Shown: positions 37,330-47,296 of the stretch, in pieces
Layout of the letters: each line of letters opens with the position of its first letter
Numbering within the stretch: position 1 is the first letter of the stretch
Source of the DNA: Candidatus Poribacteria bacterium
Lineage (GTDB): Bacteria > Poribacteria > WGA-4E > WGA-3G
DNA: 64,000 nucleotides
Assembly: GCA_965205015.1 (NCBI GenBank)
Contig: OZ242029.1
Location: 800,001 to 864,000, forward strand
Direction: 5' to 3'
Notes under the pieces: generated by a model
The model's database searches: none
The model's input: the letters and a program-made list of their open reading frames with translations, nothing else
What the model was told of the DNA's origin: nothing
Made by a program: the position numbers and the translations under genes

Positions 37330-39330
37330 TTAGAACGCACGGATCACCTTAGCAACTAACCGCTGTTTGAATTCTTGGGCATTTGGGTCGCCGAGGATGA
37401 TGAAGAAGTCGGTGCCAGCGTACCCGGAGCGGCGCAGTGCGAAGTAGACGTTAATGCCTTCTACTTGCCAGATTAACCGACTTCCGAGACTTAAGGCAGG
37501 TGTGAAATCATAAGCAAGGGTTAGAATCTGCTGGTATCGCTGCTCGAAATGCCACTGGACTTGTGAAGTCAAACCAGCAGTGAAGCCATAAGCACGCACA
37601 TTCAGGTTTCCACTGATTTGATAAATCGGTTCACCCGCTTGTTCACCCCACTCATAATCGATACTCACGTTGTTGAAGCGATCCGAAGCACGGGCTCCCA
37701 AGCTGATCCCGAACACAGAATCTGTGAATTCTCTAAATCGACCGCCGTTCCAGAAAGTCGTAACTGAATAGTCACTGTGTGTCAAGAGTTGCGTGGCAAA
37801 CCTGATGTCGCGACTGAAAACTTCACCTTCATAGGTATTGGTAGCATCGGTATGCGCAAAGAGCATAAGACTGCGAACGATCCCCTCGCGCCACTCGTTC
37901 TTGAACGTAGCACCGAAATTTACACCGCGATACCCTTTGAAGGGATGGTAGCCGAGATTATTGACGAAATCCGGATCTACAAAAAAAACATTTGAATAGG
38001 ATTGAATGAGGGGACCGTTGTATCTCAAACCGAGGGTCCCATCTCTTCCATCTGACTCATCCGCCCAACTTTGGGTAAAATCACCGTGGACTGAAAATCT
38101 ACCGTGTCGCGCACTACCCGATACATGGCCCACATTGTTCAACGGATCGCCTCGTTTGTGATGTGATAAGAACATAGCACTGATTTTGGATGTCGCTGTA
38201 AGGGGTTGGGAGGCACTCAGGATGAAGTTCTGGTTATTTCGATGGTAAGTGCCTAAGGTACCGATGGAGGTGTTTTTCCCCAGTTTCCCAAAGAGTTTAA
38301 GCCCACCGTCCATATCCTCTATCCGTCGTGAGTGAAAAAGGTTGCCAAATGCCCCGGTGTTATAGACATTGCCACCTTCAGAAAAGAAAGGCCGGCGGTC
38401 TGAGACATAACGTTCACCGTAAGAGAAATCAATACCCTCTACCGCTTGTTCGACATTCTCAAAATCCGGGTTGACAGTGCCGATGAGCCGTAGTTGGGGC
38501 GTAACCTCATAACGGAGGTCTGCACCCGCGCGGGCAGTGGATTCCCTTCGCGACCCGGAGGTCGCTCCCACAGAAGTTTCCGTTTCGCTGATACCCCCAA
38601 TGAGATACGGTAGTATCTTGAGTTCGCGTTTTCGAGGCGGTGGCAGAACCCCGACCCAGTGGCCATCGTTCTCTTTAAATTCGTTTACCCCTAAGTTGGA
38701 CCACCACGATTTTTCGCCTGTCCGCTGCTGCTGGCGATCAAGGTTGATACCCATCCCAAGGGGTTCAGTAGTTTCGGGGTAATCCAGCATCTGCCACGGG
38801 ATTTCCATCTCCACGATCCAGCCGTCTTCCACAATCTGTGCGGCGGTTTTCCACAATCCGATCCATTCGCTTTTCTCCGCACGTCCGGTGGCGAGATGCG
38901 CGTATTTCGTGCCGAGTGGATTTACGATGAAGAAATTTCTGTCCGAAAACTGGTGCGTGTGGAACGGGTCAAGACTGAAAGATACCGAGTCTTCGCCTTG
39001 AAACCGGGTCTGATCTTTGGTTTGACGGGCGACAATTTTATCGGGCACATCATCGTAGAGATGCAGCCCAACATAAATGGCGGTGTCTGTATAAACCAGA
39101 TGCCCCACAGATTGGTTTTTCGCCGGCTTTTCGGTACGTTCATCAATGAAGGTATTCGCTTCCGGTGCGTCTTGCCAGCATTTATCATCAAGGACGCCGT
39201 CGATGGTAGGTGGGTGTTCCGTTTTAACTGCAGGAAGTTCTTTTTTTATCGCTGTGTCGTTTGAAACCGCCCAGAGCTGAGAGCCTATGGTGAGTGTTAA
39301 GGTGATAATGATTAACAAATTTCCTTTCAT
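37330..39330 (-). CDS. CBM9-like/DUF5916 outer-membrane protein (paralog of 21198-23270)
   Basis: Signal peptide MKGNLL...QLWA, PTIDGVLDD, C-terminal KVIRAF. Confidence 0.8.
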   Translation of the reverse strand: MKGNLLIIITLTLTIGSQLWAVSNDTAIKKELPAVKTEHPPTIDGVLDDKCWQDAPEANTFIDERTEKPAKNQSVGHLVYTDTAIYVGLHLYDDVPDKIVARQTKDQTRFQGEDSVSFSLDPFHTHQFSDRNFFIVNPLGTKYAHLATGRAEKSEWIGLWKTAAQIVEDGWIVEMEIPWQMLDYPETTEPLGMGINLDRQQQRTGEKSWWSNLGVNEFKENDGHWVGVLPPPRKRELKILPYLIGGISETETSVGATSGSRRESTARAGADLRYEVTPQLRLIGTVNPDFENVEQAVEGIDFSYGERYVSDRRPFFSEGGNVYNTGAFGNLFHSRRIEDMDGGLKLFGKLGKNTSIGTLGTYHRNNQNFILSASQPLTATSKISAMFLSHHKRGDPLNNVGHVSGSARHGRFSVHGDFTQSWADESDGRDGTLGLRYNGPLIQSYSNVFFVDPDFVNNLGYHPFKGYRGVNFGATFKNEWREGIVRSLMLFAHTDATNTYEGEVFSRDIRFATQLLTHSDYSVTTFWNGGRFREFTDSVFGISLGARASDRFNNVSIDYEWGEQAGEPIYQISGNLNVRAYGFTAGLTSQVQWHFEQRYQQILTLAYDFTPALSLGSRLIWQVEGINVYFALRRSGYAGTDFFIILGDPNAQEFKQRLVAKVIRAF

Positions 39331-39473
39331 GTGCTTATCCTTTCTTCCTTTCTGTATTGTGTGGGATTTATACCCACTTAGCTGCAACGTGTATTGGAAC
39401 CTGCCAAGTCAATAGCGAGACAACACCTTGATTGGATCGACTCACAAAAACATGGCAATGAACTTGTGGTTGG

Positions 39474-39502
39474 TACTACAAATGGGACGGGAAAAAGTTG
39501 CA
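39474..39502 (-). promoter_or_regulatory. Putative ECF promoter, motif B
   Basis: TGCAAC-N16-TGTAGTA with a spacer diverged from the other copies. Confidence 0.75.
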
Positions 39503-39713
39503 CTTTTTTCTTTCGAATCGGAAAGGCTTGGGATAGGGCGCGTGGAGGCAGTTTTGGGAATTGATCGGGCTGATAAAATGTGCCAGGACTTACGCAAATA
39601 GGCGATAAATCAAGGGAGGACTTTCGTAAGGGCGAGGTCACCTCGCTCGTACATGGATGGATAGGGACCCCGGTTCGTAGTAGCGCAATTCATTGCGCAT
39701 TGAATTGCGGCAT

Positions 39714-41516
39714 TTAAGCGTACCAAGATGCCTGGGCGTTCCACATTTCGGCATATAATCCATCAATGGCAAGCAACTCTTCGTGTGTGCCGTCTTCGAC
39801 GAGTTGTCCTTCATCTAAAACGAGAATTCTGTCACAGAGGCGGGCGACCCCAAGCCGATGCGAGATGACAAGCGTGGTACGCGATGCGTCTTTGGTGAGG
39901 AGTTCGCGGATCATTTCAACTTCGGCGACTGGGTCAATGGCGGCAGTGGGTTCATCAAATACGACGAATTGACTCTGTCGGAAAAGTCCACGCGCAACGG
40001 CGAGGCGCAGCCATTCTCCACCGGACACGTCGCGTCCGCCGAATTCGTGTCCGAGCCAAGTGTCAAGTTCTTGTGCGAAAGTAGAACCTGCTCTGTCGAG
40101 TGTGTGCCGCATAAAGGTGTCGTCTTGCATACGGTTCGGGTCAGCAAAGCCGACATTATCCCTAACAGGCAGTAGGAACTTCGTGAAGTCCTGAAAGACA
40201 GCACTCGTTGTGGGTTTTTCGGAAGCCGTAGCACCTTGCGAAAACATGAGTGTTCCGCTATCTGGAACGTACAAACCGAGCAATATATTTGCGAGTGTTG
40301 TCTTTCCAGCACCATTTTTCCCGACGAGTGCGACGGTTTCGCCAGGCACTATTTTCGCGGTAATCTCCTTGAGGGTCTGCGTCGCTGCGCGAGGGTATCG
40401 AAATGAGAGATCATTCATGGCGACTGTTATCTCTCCCGCTTCTGCAGCGAGTAGTGGCATCCCTTGTGGTTGCCCCTGGCCTTCCTGATGTTTCTCCGTC
40501 GCATCAGAAACACTAAGCTCTTGGGTGGATTGCGTTGTGAACAGCGTCGCAAGATCACGTAAGACACCGCTCTGTTCGGCGAGATTCCCCATAGAGCGCG
40601 CCATATATGAGAGAAATCCTTGTAACCCAGCGGCAGCGGCAATTAAACCCGTGAAGGTACCGGCGATTTTCTCAGGGTCGCCGTTATGTGCAACCCGTGC
40701 TGCGATGAAAACGATCACACAATATCCGAAGACAGAACTGAGGTTGGCGAGTGCGTTCCAGGCGGTTTTCCTTTTGAGGGATCCTATTTCCACCGTGGCG
40801 AGTTGACGATACGCGTTTTCCCATTTTGAAAGCAACCAACGTTGAAGTGTAAAGAGGCGGACCTCTGGACTGTTGACACGCTCGTAGAGCCGAGCTGCCC
40901 ACGCTGTCTGTGTTCGGTTGGGACGTGCTGCCGCTCGGTCTTGCTCGAGTTCAAGTCTGGCAATAGGTTTCCTTGTGAAGAGAATGATGGAGGAACTGAC
41001 CAGCAAAGCCGCCATACACCATATATCACTACTGATAATAAAGATTGCGCCCAACAGTCCGCAGACACTCGCGACACTATGGATATTATCCACAACACTC
41101 TGAAACCAACTGACGACGCGATCACTGAAACCTTGCGTTGCTCGGCTAAGATTATCGTGAAAGTCAGGGTCGAAAAAATGGAGCAGGGGTGTTTGTCCAG
41201 CTTGACGCAGAAGGTCTTGCTGGAAGTGTAGCACCGCTTTATTGGAGAACCACATCTGTGTTACGCGATTGAAAACATCGGTTAATATTTCTAAGGTCAT
41301 TAGCACGAGAAAAACACCCATCCATAAAAAGAGTCCCTCAGCATTTACTAACGCGTTTGTGAATCCGGCGATGATAACCGGCGAAAAACCGCGGTTTCCG
41401 GCGTTTATCAAACGGAGCAGAAGTATGACAAAGAGGGGAAGGGGTGCAATCCGTATAAATTGCCAGATTAAGCGAAGAACTGCGCGTCGAGGTAATGTGT
41501 TTGTGTCTCTCATCAT
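39714..41516 (-). CDS. ABC exporter, fused TMD+NBD
   Basis: GKNGAGKT, VSGGEW, VFDEPT, SHR; ATGA overlap with upstream gene. Confidence 0.92.
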   Translation of the reverse strand: MMRDTNTLPRRAVLRLIWQFIRIAPLPLFVILLLRLINAGNRGFSPVIIAGFTNALVNAEGLFLWMGVFLVLMTLEILTDVFNRVTQMWFSNKAVLHFQQDLLRQAGQTPLLHFFDPDFHDNLSRATQGFSDRVVSWFQSVVDNIHSVASVCGLLGAIFIISSDIWCMAALLVSSSIILFTRKPIARLELEQDRAAARPNRTQTAWAARLYERVNSPEVRLFTLQRWLLSKWENAYRQLATVEIGSLKRKTAWNALANLSSVFGYCVIVFIAARVAHNGDPEKIAGTFTGLIAAAAGLQGFLSYMARSMGNLAEQSGVLRDLATLFTTQSTQELSVSDATEKHQEGQGQPQGMPLLAAEAGEITVAMNDLSFRYPRAATQTLKEITAKIVPGETVALVGKNGAGKTTLANILLGLYVPDSGTLMFSQGATASEKPTTSAVFQDFTKFLLPVRDNVGFADPNRMQDDTFMRHTLDRAGSTFAQELDTWLGHEFGGRDVSGGEWLRLAVARGLFRQSQFVVFDEPTAAIDPVAEVEMIRELLTKDASRTTLVISHRLGVARLCDRILVLDEGQLVEDGTHEELLAIDGLYAEMWNAQASWYA

Positions 41517-43279
41517 TGATACCACTCACTTTGTGCTGCGAACATTTCAGCGTATTTTCCATTCCGCTGTAGGAGTTCAGTGGGATTCCCGATTTCTACA
41601 ATGCGTCCACCATCCAAAACAACCACGCGATCGGCAAGCCGTGTCGGTCCGAGTCGATGGGCGATGAGCAGGGCAGTTTTACCCTCTACCAATTCAACAA
41701 ACTGCTGAAAAATTTCCAACTCAGCAAGAGGGTCAAGGGCTGCCGTGGGTTCGTCAAAAATGACAAATTCGCCACCTTCTTTTATCAGACTCCGAGCGAT
41801 AGCGACGCGTTGCCATTCACCGCCAGAGAAATCCGCACCCCCGAATTCGGGACCTAAAAGCGAACTTAGCGGGAATTTTTCTGCTGGCAATCCGACTTGG
41901 GCTAAGGTCGCTTCGGTGTGTGCATCGGCGGCAGTGGCACCGTCCAAAATCAGGTTCTCGCGTAGGGTGGTCGGATAGCGTGCCGGATGCTGAAACACGA
42001 CGGTGCAAGCACGCCGGAGGTCTTCAGATGAAATCGTGGTGGTATCAATACCATCTATCGTGATATTTCCTGCTGTTGGAGAACGCAAACCTGCTAAAAT
42101 GTGTGCCAAAGTCGTCTTTCCCGCGCCATTTTCACCGACGACAGCGAGAATTTCGCCCGGACGGATGTGAACGTTAATATCGGAGAGCGCGTCTGTGTCT
42201 GCACCCGGGTAACGATACGCGACGCTATGCAAGCGGATACCTTCACGCATCGAGTGTGGATAAGGCGTACGCGCTTCGGGAGCGTCTTCATCTTGCTTTT
42301 CTTCTAACAGACGGCGAAGGTCTTCTCCGTAGCCAGCGTGTTGGACAAAACCGATGACGAAATACTGCATCGAGTTCATACCCGCGGTGATATTCCGAAA
42401 TGCTTCTAACACCAAAGCCGCGAGTCCAGCTTCAACCCTTCCCTGTGAAAGCGATGTAACGAGCAGTGCCCCAGCGATGATGGCTACGAAAATAAATACC
42501 TGGAAAATACCTTGAGAGGCATTTCGAAAATCGATATGCAAGCGTTCCTGAAGATATTGGGCGAGGATCGTCCGCCAGCGTTGGAGAAGGGGTTCGCCGA
42601 TGGACCATAAACGGATTTCAGCGGCACTGCGCCGTTCTGTTAGAAGTTGGACGTAGTAATCCGCAAGTCGTTTGTTGCGTGTATTTTCCACCTCAAAGTG
42701 GCGCACTCGGGCGCCCATCTGAATTTCAAAAACCCGCAGCAATATTGCCCCACCGATGATGATCACGGGAATCCAAATCGAAATCAGTCCTAACACAACG
42801 GCACTGGTGAACAGGACAGGCGTGTATTCAATAAAGTTCAAGCCATTTTGCATTAATTGGACAACGCTCGAATCCCCACCAGTAACGACGCGATTGATGA
42901 GGTTATGCGATTCCTCGTCATCAAATGCCTCTAATGGTAATTTGCCTGTCTTTTGCAAAGCATCCCGCTGCAAAGCGAAACCGGCTCTAATGCGGAGTTG
43001 CTCGCGTAAAAGTGGGAGGAGTGTTAAGATCGCCTGCTCTACGAAAAAGAGGAGGCAAAGCGCAGCCAGCCATGGGACAGCACTCCTCATAATATCTGCA
43101 TCGACGAGGGTATTAACGGTTTCCCGGAGCACAAGCAGATGGGCTGCCGCAGCACCTGCATTGATGAGGACAAGGGTTATCCACACAGCGGCAATAAAAG
43201 GCGAAGCTTTTAACACCTGTCCGAACAACCAGAGTAGGTCTCGAAATGAAGGGCGCGTTAATTTTTCTTTGTCCCACAT
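41513..43279 (-). CDS. ABC exporter, fused TMD+NBD
   Basis: GENGAGKT, FSGGEWQ, IFDEPT, AHR. Confidence 0.92.
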   Translation of the reverse strand: MWDKEKLTRPSFRDLLWLFGQVLKASPFIAAVWITLVLINAGAAAAHLLVLRETVNTLVDADIMRSAVPWLAALCLLFFVEQAILTLLPLLREQLRIRAGFALQRDALQKTGKLPLEAFDDEESHNLINRVVTGGDSSVVQLMQNGLNFIEYTPVLFTSAVVLGLISIWIPVIIIGGAILLRVFEIQMGARVRHFEVENTRNKRLADYYVQLLTERRSAAEIRLWSIGEPLLQRWRTILAQYLQERLHIDFRNASQGIFQVFIFVAIIAGALLVTSLSQGRVEAGLAALVLEAFRNITAGMNSMQYFVIGFVQHAGYGEDLRRLLEEKQDEDAPEARTPYPHSMREGIRLHSVAYRYPGADTDALSDINVHIRPGEILAVVGENGAGKTTLAHILAGLRSPTAGNITIDGIDTTTISSEDLRRACTVVFQHPARYPTTLRENLILDGATAADAHTEATLAQVGLPAEKFPLSSLLGPEFGGADFSGGEWQRVAIARSLIKEGGEFVIFDEPTAALDPLAELEIFQQFVELVEGKTALLIAHRLGPTRLADRVVVLDGGRIVEIGNPTELLQRNGKYAEMFAAQSEWYQ

Positions 43280-43348
43280 CGTTTTCTGTCTACCTCGGTT
43301 AGTCCTAAATTACAATAGCGTGTAGGGAACGCGTTTTAGCCTTCTATT

Positions 43349-44143
43349 TCATTGTGTTTCTTCCGCACTTAAGTAGTCTAACGGGCTCTCAACGATATAA
43401 TCCCCCGAATCCTCAAGAAACTGTTGGACGAGGAAAACATGTCCAGCACCGATAATCAGTAGAATGCGATCGTCAGCAGATTCGGTGATACGGGTTAAAT
43501 TCACAAATATTTTGAGATTCCGAGCATACCAAATATGGGCAAGCCAATCTGCACCCGGATATTTGTCGTCTAACCCAATACGTGCATCATGTAAGTATGC
43601 CCGCTGGCTCGCACGGCTCCATGCAGGCTGATTGAGGCGGATATACATGTCGATTATCGGTTCATATTCCTCAGGTTCAATCCAGCCTGTCCCGTCCTCA
43701 TCCTGTGTAACTTTTTCCGGAGATCCGGGATGGGATCCAAAGAGGTGCCTCTGATTGTGTTTTTTCGCAAACTCGCTGCGGTTTATCAAATGACCTTTCA
43801 TGCTTTCAAAGATCGGATCTTGCTTTGGCCAATAATCAACGCAATACACTTTTGAATGTCTCACCATTTTCGCCAATCGAAACCCGACTTGATGGATTTC
43901 ATGGCGTTCAAGTTGAAATTCATCCTTCAGATAGGCATTGTATTCCTGCTGAAGATTGGAGTCAAGGTAGTCGACCTCAACAGCTATCTTCGTCGGCTGA
44001 AATTGAGCCAGTTGATCAGCAAGTTGTTGAAGTTCGCGCTGACGTTTAGGCGCGCGCATATCATCTATATTATCTCCATCCCAACCTGCCAAGTGGTGAC
44101 TCCCGAGAATCATAACTGTAGGTTTCGTCTGATGTTTCATCAA
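43349..44143 (-). CDS. DUF5694-like hydrolase, no signal peptide
   Basis: ILGSHH, IAVE, WYARN, GAGH. Confidence 0.8.
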   Translation of the reverse strand: MMKHQTKPTVMILGSHHLAGWDGDNIDDMRAPKRQRELQQLADQLAQFQPTKIAVEVDYLDSNLQQEYNAYLKDEFQLERHEIHQVGFRLAKMVRHSKVYCVDYWPKQDPIFESMKGHLINRSEFAKKHNQRHLFGSHPGSPEKVTQDEDGTGWIEPEEYEPIIDMYIRLNQPAWSRASQRAYLHDARIGLDDKYPGADWLAHIWYARNLKIFVNLTRITESADDRILLIIGAGHVFLVQQFLEDSGDYIVESPLDYLSAEETQ

Positions 44144-44955
44144 TTAGCATCCTCCATTTTTAAGTATTGCAGCGGACTTTCGACAATGTAATCGCCTGAA
44201 TCCTCAAGAAACTGTTGGACGAGGAAGACATGCCCAGCACCGATAATCAGTAGAATACGATCGTCAGCAGATTCGGTGATACGCGTCAGGTTAATGCAGA
44301 TTTTGAGGTTCCGAGCGTACCAACTATGGGCAACCCAATTCGCACCCGGATATTGGTCCCCTAATCCAATACGCGCACTGCGTAGATACGCCTGATGATC
44401 CGCGAGTCTACCTTCAGGCTCGTTGAGACGTATGTACATCTCAATTATAGGTTCGTATTTCTCAGGTTCAATCCAAGTTGTGCCATCTTTGTCCTGAGTG
44501 ATTTTTCCTTCTATAGGTGGGGGACGTAGGAAATGCTTCTGATTATGAGTCTCTGCGAACTTATAGCGATCCATCAAATCCCAATCAATCTTACTCTCAG
44601 GAAGACGGGGGGACCGTTCCGTCCAAAAATAATCCACACAGTGTACCTTCGGATGTCCGATCTGCTTTGCCAATCGAAACGCAATCTGATGGATTTCATG
44701 GCGTTCAAGTTGGAAGTTATCCTTCAGATACGCATTATACTCCGCTTGCTTTTCAGCGTCCCAACGTGTGTCGGATTCAATGGCTATCTTCGTCGGTTTG
44801 AAGCGCGCAAGTTGTTCAACGAGTTGCTGAATCTCGGCTTGGCGCTTTGGTGTGAGGACATCATCCATTTTTGTATTGTATACATCCGCTCCCCAGTTTG
44901 CCAAGTGCGGACTGCCGAGAATCATGATTGTCGGTTTCGTCTGATGTTTCATCAA
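44140..44955 (-). CDS. DUF5694-like hydrolase, no signal peptide
   Basis: ILGSPH, IAIE, WYARN, GAGH; ATGA coupling. Confidence 0.8.
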   Translation of the reverse strand: MMKHQTKPTIMILGSPHLANWGADVYNTKMDDVLTPKRQAEIQQLVEQLARFKPTKIAIESDTRWDAEKQAEYNAYLKDNFQLERHEIHQIAFRLAKQIGHPKVHCVDYFWTERSPRLPESKIDWDLMDRYKFAETHNQKHFLRPPPIEGKITQDKDGTTWIEPEKYEPIIEMYIRLNEPEGRLADHQAYLRSARIGLGDQYPGANWVAHSWYARNLKICINLTRITESADDRILLIIGAGHVFLVQQFLEDSGDYIVESPLQYLKMEDAN

Positions 44956-45824
44956 TCAGCATCCTCCGCCTTTAGGTATTTGAGTGGATTCTCAACGATG
45001 TAATCCCCGGAATCTTCAAGGAATTGTTGGACGAGGAAGACATGCCCGACACCGATAATCAGCAGAATGCGATCGTCAGCAGATTCGGTGATACGGGTTA
45101 AATTTACAAAGATTTTGAGGTTCCGAGCATACCAAATATGGGCAAGCCAATCCGCACCCGGATATTTGTCGCCTAACCCAATACGTGCATCATGTAAGTA
45201 TGCTCGCTGGCTCGCGCGGGTCCTTACGGGCTGATTGAAGCGTATGTACTTGTCAATTATCGGTTCATATTTCTCAAGTTTTCCTGGATCTGTAGGATCT
45301 CCGAAACGGTGATCCTCAGGAGATCCGAGAAGGTATTCCTGATTGTGAACTTTTGCAAACTCGCTGCGGTTTATCAAATGCCCTTTAATGCTTTCAAAGA
45401 TCGGATCTCGTTTGGGCCAATAATCAACACAATACATCTTTGAATGTCCGAACTCTTTTGCTAACCTATATCCAATCTGATCTCCCTCATAGGGTCCGAG
45501 TGCGTAGGTCCCGTTTAAATAACCTTGATAGCGTTTGTTTTCAGCGTCGCAACGGCTTGGATCCAACTCAACCGCTATCTTGGTAGGTTTAAATCCTTTG
45601 AGGTGTTCAACCACCTGTTCAATCTCGCGTTGGCGTTTGGTCGCGAGGACATCATCCGAAAAGTGCCAACTGCCAAGAATCATAATCGTCGGTTTTTTCG
45701 TCATGTGCGTAGTATCCTCTGTAGACGGGTCTGTCCGGTCATCACTTGCGACTGTGCCGACCGCAAGTAACACAGCGACGAATAACATTATCAAATAGAA
45801 CTCGTATTTCACTAAGGCTTTCAT
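44952..45824 (-). CDS. DUF5694-like hydrolase with signal peptide
   Basis: Hydrophobic N-terminus, ILGSWH, IAVE, WYARN, GVGH. Confidence 0.8.
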   Translation of the reverse strand: MKALVKYEFYLIMLFVAVLLAVGTVASDDRTDPSTEDTTHMTKKPTIMILGSWHFSDDVLATKRQREIEQVVEHLKGFKPTKIAVELDPSRCDAENKRYQGYLNGTYALGPYEGDQIGYRLAKEFGHSKMYCVDYWPKRDPIFESIKGHLINRSEFAKVHNQEYLLGSPEDHRFGDPTDPGKLEKYEPIIDKYIRFNQPVRTRASQRAYLHDARIGLGDKYPGADWLAHIWYARNLKIFVNLTRITESADDRILLIIGVGHVFLVQQFLEDSGDYIVENPLKYLKAEDAD

Positions 45825-45880
45825 AAAACTTCTCCTATCTGTGGTATCGGTAACCCTGCCTGAAAAAAGAAAACAACAGA

Positions 45881-47275
45881 TTAAGGCGTTTCCGCTTTGT
45901 TTGCATCCAAGTATTTCAACGGACTTTCAACGATATAGTCCCCCGATTCCTCAAGAAACTGCTGAATCAGATACACATGCCCAGCACCGATAATCAGCAG
46001 AATGCGATCATCGGTGGACTCCGTGATGCGCGTCAAATTCACAAAATTCTTGAGATTATGCGCATACCACCAATGTGCAACCCAATTGGCACCTGGATAT
46101 TGGTTTTTGAGTCCAATGCGTGCGGTGCGCAGATATGATTGATGACCGGTGTACATCTGTGCAGGCTCGTTTATCCGTATGTACATGTCAATTAGGGGTT
46201 CATATTCTTCGCGCTCAACCCAGACCGTGCCATCTACGTCCGCCCGAACTTTCACCCCGCTTGAGGAAACGCTCCATAAGAGGTGCTCCTGATTATGCGT
46301 CTCCGCAAATGTGGCGTAGTCTAATAAACTCTTATCAATTTCATCATATATCGGCCGGTGCTTTGGCCAATCAGCAACACAATAAAGCTTCGGATGTCCC
46401 ATCTGTTTGGCTAACCGAAAGCCGAATTGGTCAGGCAGGCTCCGTGTGAGTTCATAAGTGCCCTCCAAGTAGCTTTGATAGCTTGCGTTAATCTCCGCAT
46501 CATCCCTTTCGTCTACATAAACGGCTATCTTGGTGGGACTAAACGCTCTAAGTTGCTGCACCAGTTGTTCCATTTCGCGTTGGCGTTTGGGCGCGAGGAC
46601 ATCATCCATTCTTGTATTGAATACATTGATTCCCGGATTTGTGAAGAAGTCACTACCCAGAATCATGACTGTCGCTTTGTCTCGTGTGTCCCCTCTGTTC
46701 CATTGTCCTTTCAATTTGTCGCCAAAATCGATGTCCACCGCACCGAAATTGCTGAGATTCCCGAGCAATTCCTCAATGCGTTCCGGTGCGATCTCACCGA
46801 CAATGTTGACAAAGGTGGCTTCTCCAGACCTTTTCGGGATGATGATAGCGAAAATCCCGTAAACCTTCTCTTCATCAAACAGTAGATTAATCTCTACCGT
46901 TTCACCGCGCTCCTCAATTTTGACGAGGACTTCCCACTCATCGTTCTTGAGCTTCTCCTTGAAATAGTTAACTAATTTCTTCTCATCAATCGTTGCCCTA
47001 TCGTAAGTCCGGACATAGATACCGTCTAACATCTGGATCAGCTCGGCGACTTCGGGTTGATTGCTCACCGATTTGGTTACCAGACTGATGAGTTTCGAGG
47101 TTAAGTTAACCTCGACCTTTGCCTCAAGAGGTTCTGGGAAATCGAAGAGGATGAGTCCTTTTCTATCAGTCTTGTCCGATTTGTCCTGCTGCGCGACTGC
47201 TGAATGCATCAGTGTTAGCGATGCAACCAAAAACAGCAACGTGAACAGTCGTATAAAGTGCTTTTGCGGTTTCAT
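45881..47275 (-). CDS. DUF4252-like + DUF5694-like fusion, secreted
   Basis: Signal ..AVA|QQ; KVEVNL, LDGIYVRTY, FVNIVGEI; then DUF5694 with degenerate motifs (GSDF, IAVY, AHN). Confidence 0.75.
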   Translation of the reverse strand: MKPQKHFIRLFTLLFLVASLTLMHSAVAQQDKSDKTDRKGLILFDFPEPLEAKVEVNLTSKLISLVTKSVSNQPEVAELIQMLDGIYVRTYDRATIDEKKLVNYFKEKLKNDEWEVLVKIEERGETVEINLLFDEEKVYGIFAIIIPKRSGEATFVNIVGEIAPERIEELLGNLSNFGAVDIDFGDKLKGQWNRGDTRDKATVMILGSDFFTNPGINVFNTRMDDVLAPKRQREMEQLVQQLRAFSPTKIAVYVDERDDAEINASYQSYLEGTYELTRSLPDQFGFRLAKQMGHPKLYCVADWPKHRPIYDEIDKSLLDYATFAETHNQEHLLWSVSSSGVKVRADVDGTVWVEREEYEPLIDMYIRINEPAQMYTGHQSYLRTARIGLKNQYPGANWVAHWWYAHNLKNFVNLTRITESTDDRILLIIGAGHVYLIQQFLEESGDYIVESPLKYLDANKAETP

Positions 47276-47296
47276 GGGTTCTACTCCTTATCTATT

